Of a stretch of DNA of 64,000 nt, positions 61,962-64,000 are shown piece after piece. Each line of letters begins with the position of its first letter. The stretch's first letter is position 1. The notes under the pieces were generated by a model, which did not search any database, was not told the origin of the DNA, and saw nothing but the letters and a program-made list of their open reading frames with translations. A program made the translations under genes and the position numbers. The DNA is from Candidatus Poribacteria bacterium (lineage in GTDB: Bacteria; Poribacteria; WGA-4E; PCPOR2b), in the NCBI GenBank assembly GCA_965198175.1, contig OZ240245.1, positions 2,528,001 through 2,592,000 of the forward strand, written 5' to 3'.

Positions 61962-61998
61962 TATAATATATTTAGAGTTTTTGGGTCGTTATTTTTGC

Positions 61999-63390
61999 CT
62001 AAACATCTAACTTTTGCCCGATAACCTTTTCCAATTTTTTCAGACCAACCACATAATCGTGTAATGATTGGAGACGATTGACTTCTGCCTGCGTCAGGGC
62101 AAGCTGGGCGTCGGTGAATTCAACGCTCGTGATTATCCCGTTTTCGTACCGTAAGTTCGCAATTCGCAAACTCTCCCGGGCTTGCTCAACCGTATTCCTC
62201 TGGACTTCAATTAACGCTTTTGCTTCAACCAAGTTGAGATAAGCAGATCTGACTTCAAACTCAATGGCGTCTATCAGTTGGTGTTTCCCAAGCTGCGCCT
62301 GTCTTAATGCTGTTTCCGATTGCTGAACCGCGGCTCGGGTTGCGAACCCATCGAAGATTGGAAAGTTTAGTGCAAAACCCAGATTCCAGATGCGGTTCAT
62401 TTCCCGCAATCTTTCATTATCATCAACCTGATAGTTGACAAAAAAGGCTAAATCAGGACGATTGCCCGCCTTCGCAACAGCAACGCGTTTCTGATTCGCC
62501 TGTTCATTGAACCCGAGTTGATGAACCTCAGGACGTTGCGTTTTCGCTGTTTGGATCAATGATTCAAGGTTCAGCTCAACGTCCGGAGCATCGAAATTGC
62601 CCTTGATGTTCACGTCTTCAGCGAGATCAATATTCAAAATGTTTTTATATGCGTTTCTCGCGGTTCGCGCCCTGTTTTGAGTGCGTATCAACTGAGATTT
62701 TGTGTTAGCTAGTTGCACCTCAGCTCGCAGAACATCGAATTTTGTGGCAGCGCCTGAATCAAAGAGATTTTGAGCGATTTGCAACTGTTTCTCGACAAGA
62801 TCAACCGTCTGTTGAGATACCTTTTCAAATTCCACGGCAAGCAGTATCCCGTAAAAGGCTTCAGAAACGTCAAGTGCAAGTTGGTTGTGAGTAGCTTCCA
62901 GCTCTTTTCGCACACCTTCTAAATTTATCTTTGCACTCTGGTAGTTGTAATAGTACCGTCCCCAGGCGAAAATCGGTTGTCTCAAGGCAGCCTCGCCGCG
63001 AAAATTCCGGTGGGCTCCGAATTCCAACTCTATGACGTCTGATGAATCAACGCTGTCTTCCACCTCTTGAAACTGCATGTTGTTTCCTATGCCGGGCGGC
63101 CCAAATCCGCCGCCCGCTTGAAGCACAGATTTCGCGAGATTAGGGGTATATGTATAGCTACTGCTAATTGAAACATTCGGCAGCAAGCCAGCACGGGCAG
63201 CACGTACCTGCGATTCCGCGGATTTTACACGTTCCCGAACGGTTTGACTTGTGAGGTTGGTCTGTTTTGCGATTTCCATACTTTCTTCCAGGGTTAAAGT
63301 TTTTGCTGCTTGAGCCGGTGGAGCGGAGCTCCACAAAATCAGCAGGGTAATCCCCGCGAAAAGATGTTGTTGGCGTTCTGACAAATACAT
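61999..63390 (-). CDS. TolC family outer-membrane efflux protein
   Basis: Signal peptide, LTLEES, LLPNV, QPIF, FPIFDG, RYENG, two helical repeats. Confidence 0.9.
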   Translation of the reverse strand: MYLSERQQHLFAGITLLILWSSAPPAQAAKTLTLEESMEIAKQTNLTSQTVRERVKSAESQVRAARAGLLPNVSISSSYTYTPNLAKSVLQAGGGFGPPGIGNNMQFQEVEDSVDSSDVIELEFGAHRNFRGEAALRQPIFAWGRYYYNYQSAKINLEGVRKELEATHNQLALDVSEAFYGILLAVEFEKVSQQTVDLVEKQLQIAQNLFDSGAATKFDVLRAEVQLANTKSQLIRTQNRARTARNAYKNILNIDLAEDVNIKGNFDAPDVELNLESLIQTAKTQRPEVHQLGFNEQANQKRVAVAKAGNRPDLAFFVNYQVDDNERLREMNRIWNLGFALNFPIFDGFATRAAVQQSETALRQAQLGKHQLIDAIEFEVRSAYLNLVEAKALIEVQRNTVEQARESLRIANLRYENGIITSVEFTDAQLALTQAEVNRLQSLHDYVVGLKKLEKVIGQKLDV

Positions 63391-63617
63391 TCAACTCCTT
63401 CGATTGATTTGTAACGAACCACCGTGAGGGACTTCAATTTAGATCGGAACAGCTCCACCGGACGTAGCCCGCGGCTTGCTTTGTTGATGCAAGCTGTTTG
63501 CCTGATGAGGGGCAAAACTGCCGTGGTCACGAACTGGAAAAGTTCTCAGATTTTTCCACGAACGCAACAAGAAGTTGATTGTCTGTCGGTGCTGGAAAAG
63601 CTTTTCCGATCGCAGTA

Positions 63618-63998
63618 TTACGTTACCCACAACAACGCCAAGGAGGGGAGTTTTGAGGATCGAACGAGAAATGAAAAAAGGGCATTAGCAAGACGATTCG
63701 CATCGGGGCAGACAGGTTTTTGTCTGCTACCAAAAGGCTGTTTTTCACGTAATAGAAATGTTAGCATGCTCGCAACAGGAATCGTGCCCAATAGACCATT
63801 CGAAGCAAAGAAATCCAAGCGATTGCTGACGAGGTGAAAACTCTCGTTCGATATCTCAACGTCATTTAGATTGCTTTTCGCTTCCTCGGAATCATCGCTT
63901 GCCACCAAGCCTCTTGGACGATGTTTCGCTGTAGGAAGGTCAAAGTTTACCTGAATCGTCTCAAACGCCTGCCGTTCCGAAAACGCGGAAGTTAATAT
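63618..63998 (-). CDS. Possible hypothetical protein (partial, open to the right edge)
   Basis: The frame of ORF 63618-63908 stays open to the window end; no recognisable motif. Confidence 0.3.
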   Translation of the reverse strand: MLTSAFSERQAFETIQVNFDLPTAKHRPRGLVASDDSEEAKSNLNDVEISNESFHLVSNRLDFFASNGLLGTIPVASMLTFLLREKQPFGSRQKPVCPDANRLANALFSFLVRSSKLPSLALLWVT

Positions 63999-64000
63999 TT

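Noticed and set aside
124..63837. Numerous short overlapping or antisense ORFs in the six-frame track (e.g. 124-489, 39454-40239, 63424-63837)
   Set aside because: They shadow well-supported genes or lack RBS and motifs.

Overview
Bacterial chromosomal window in genetic code 11 (TGA/TAA/TAG end genes, TGG encodes Trp). The gene repertoire (many secreted LamG proteins with a shared C-terminal tail, PhyH dioxygenases, TPR and FG-GAP proteins) suggests Candidatus Poribacteria or a similar lineage; this is inference only. Positions 1-16 kb are an accessory region: a partial TPR/CRTAC1-type gene, an isochorismatase-family gene, five LamG genes (two nearly identical), two PhyH genes, a fatty acid desaturase + FG-GAP/ASPIC-UnbV operon and a large TPR-DUF3179 protein. 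The rest is mostly housekeeping (leuS, rnj, mnmA, ftsZ, fdhD, lpdA, queC, infA, rlmN, gatB, moaD/moaE, pncB, nfi, a PorV-like barrel, TolC and an efflux adaptor), with a small decaying islet at 20.8-23.4 kb. The strongest unusual signal is an in-frame TGA (7472-7474) inside the FG-GAP/ASPIC-UnbV gene, followed by a SECIS-like hairpin: a candidate selenoprotein next to a desaturase. Second is the conserved V[SD]PxxK[LV]AxxW[GS]x[LI]K tail on all five LamG proteins, a candidate export/sorting signal. No rRNA, tRNA, CRISPR array or intact transposase was seen. All calls come from motif recognition by eye; no searches were run.
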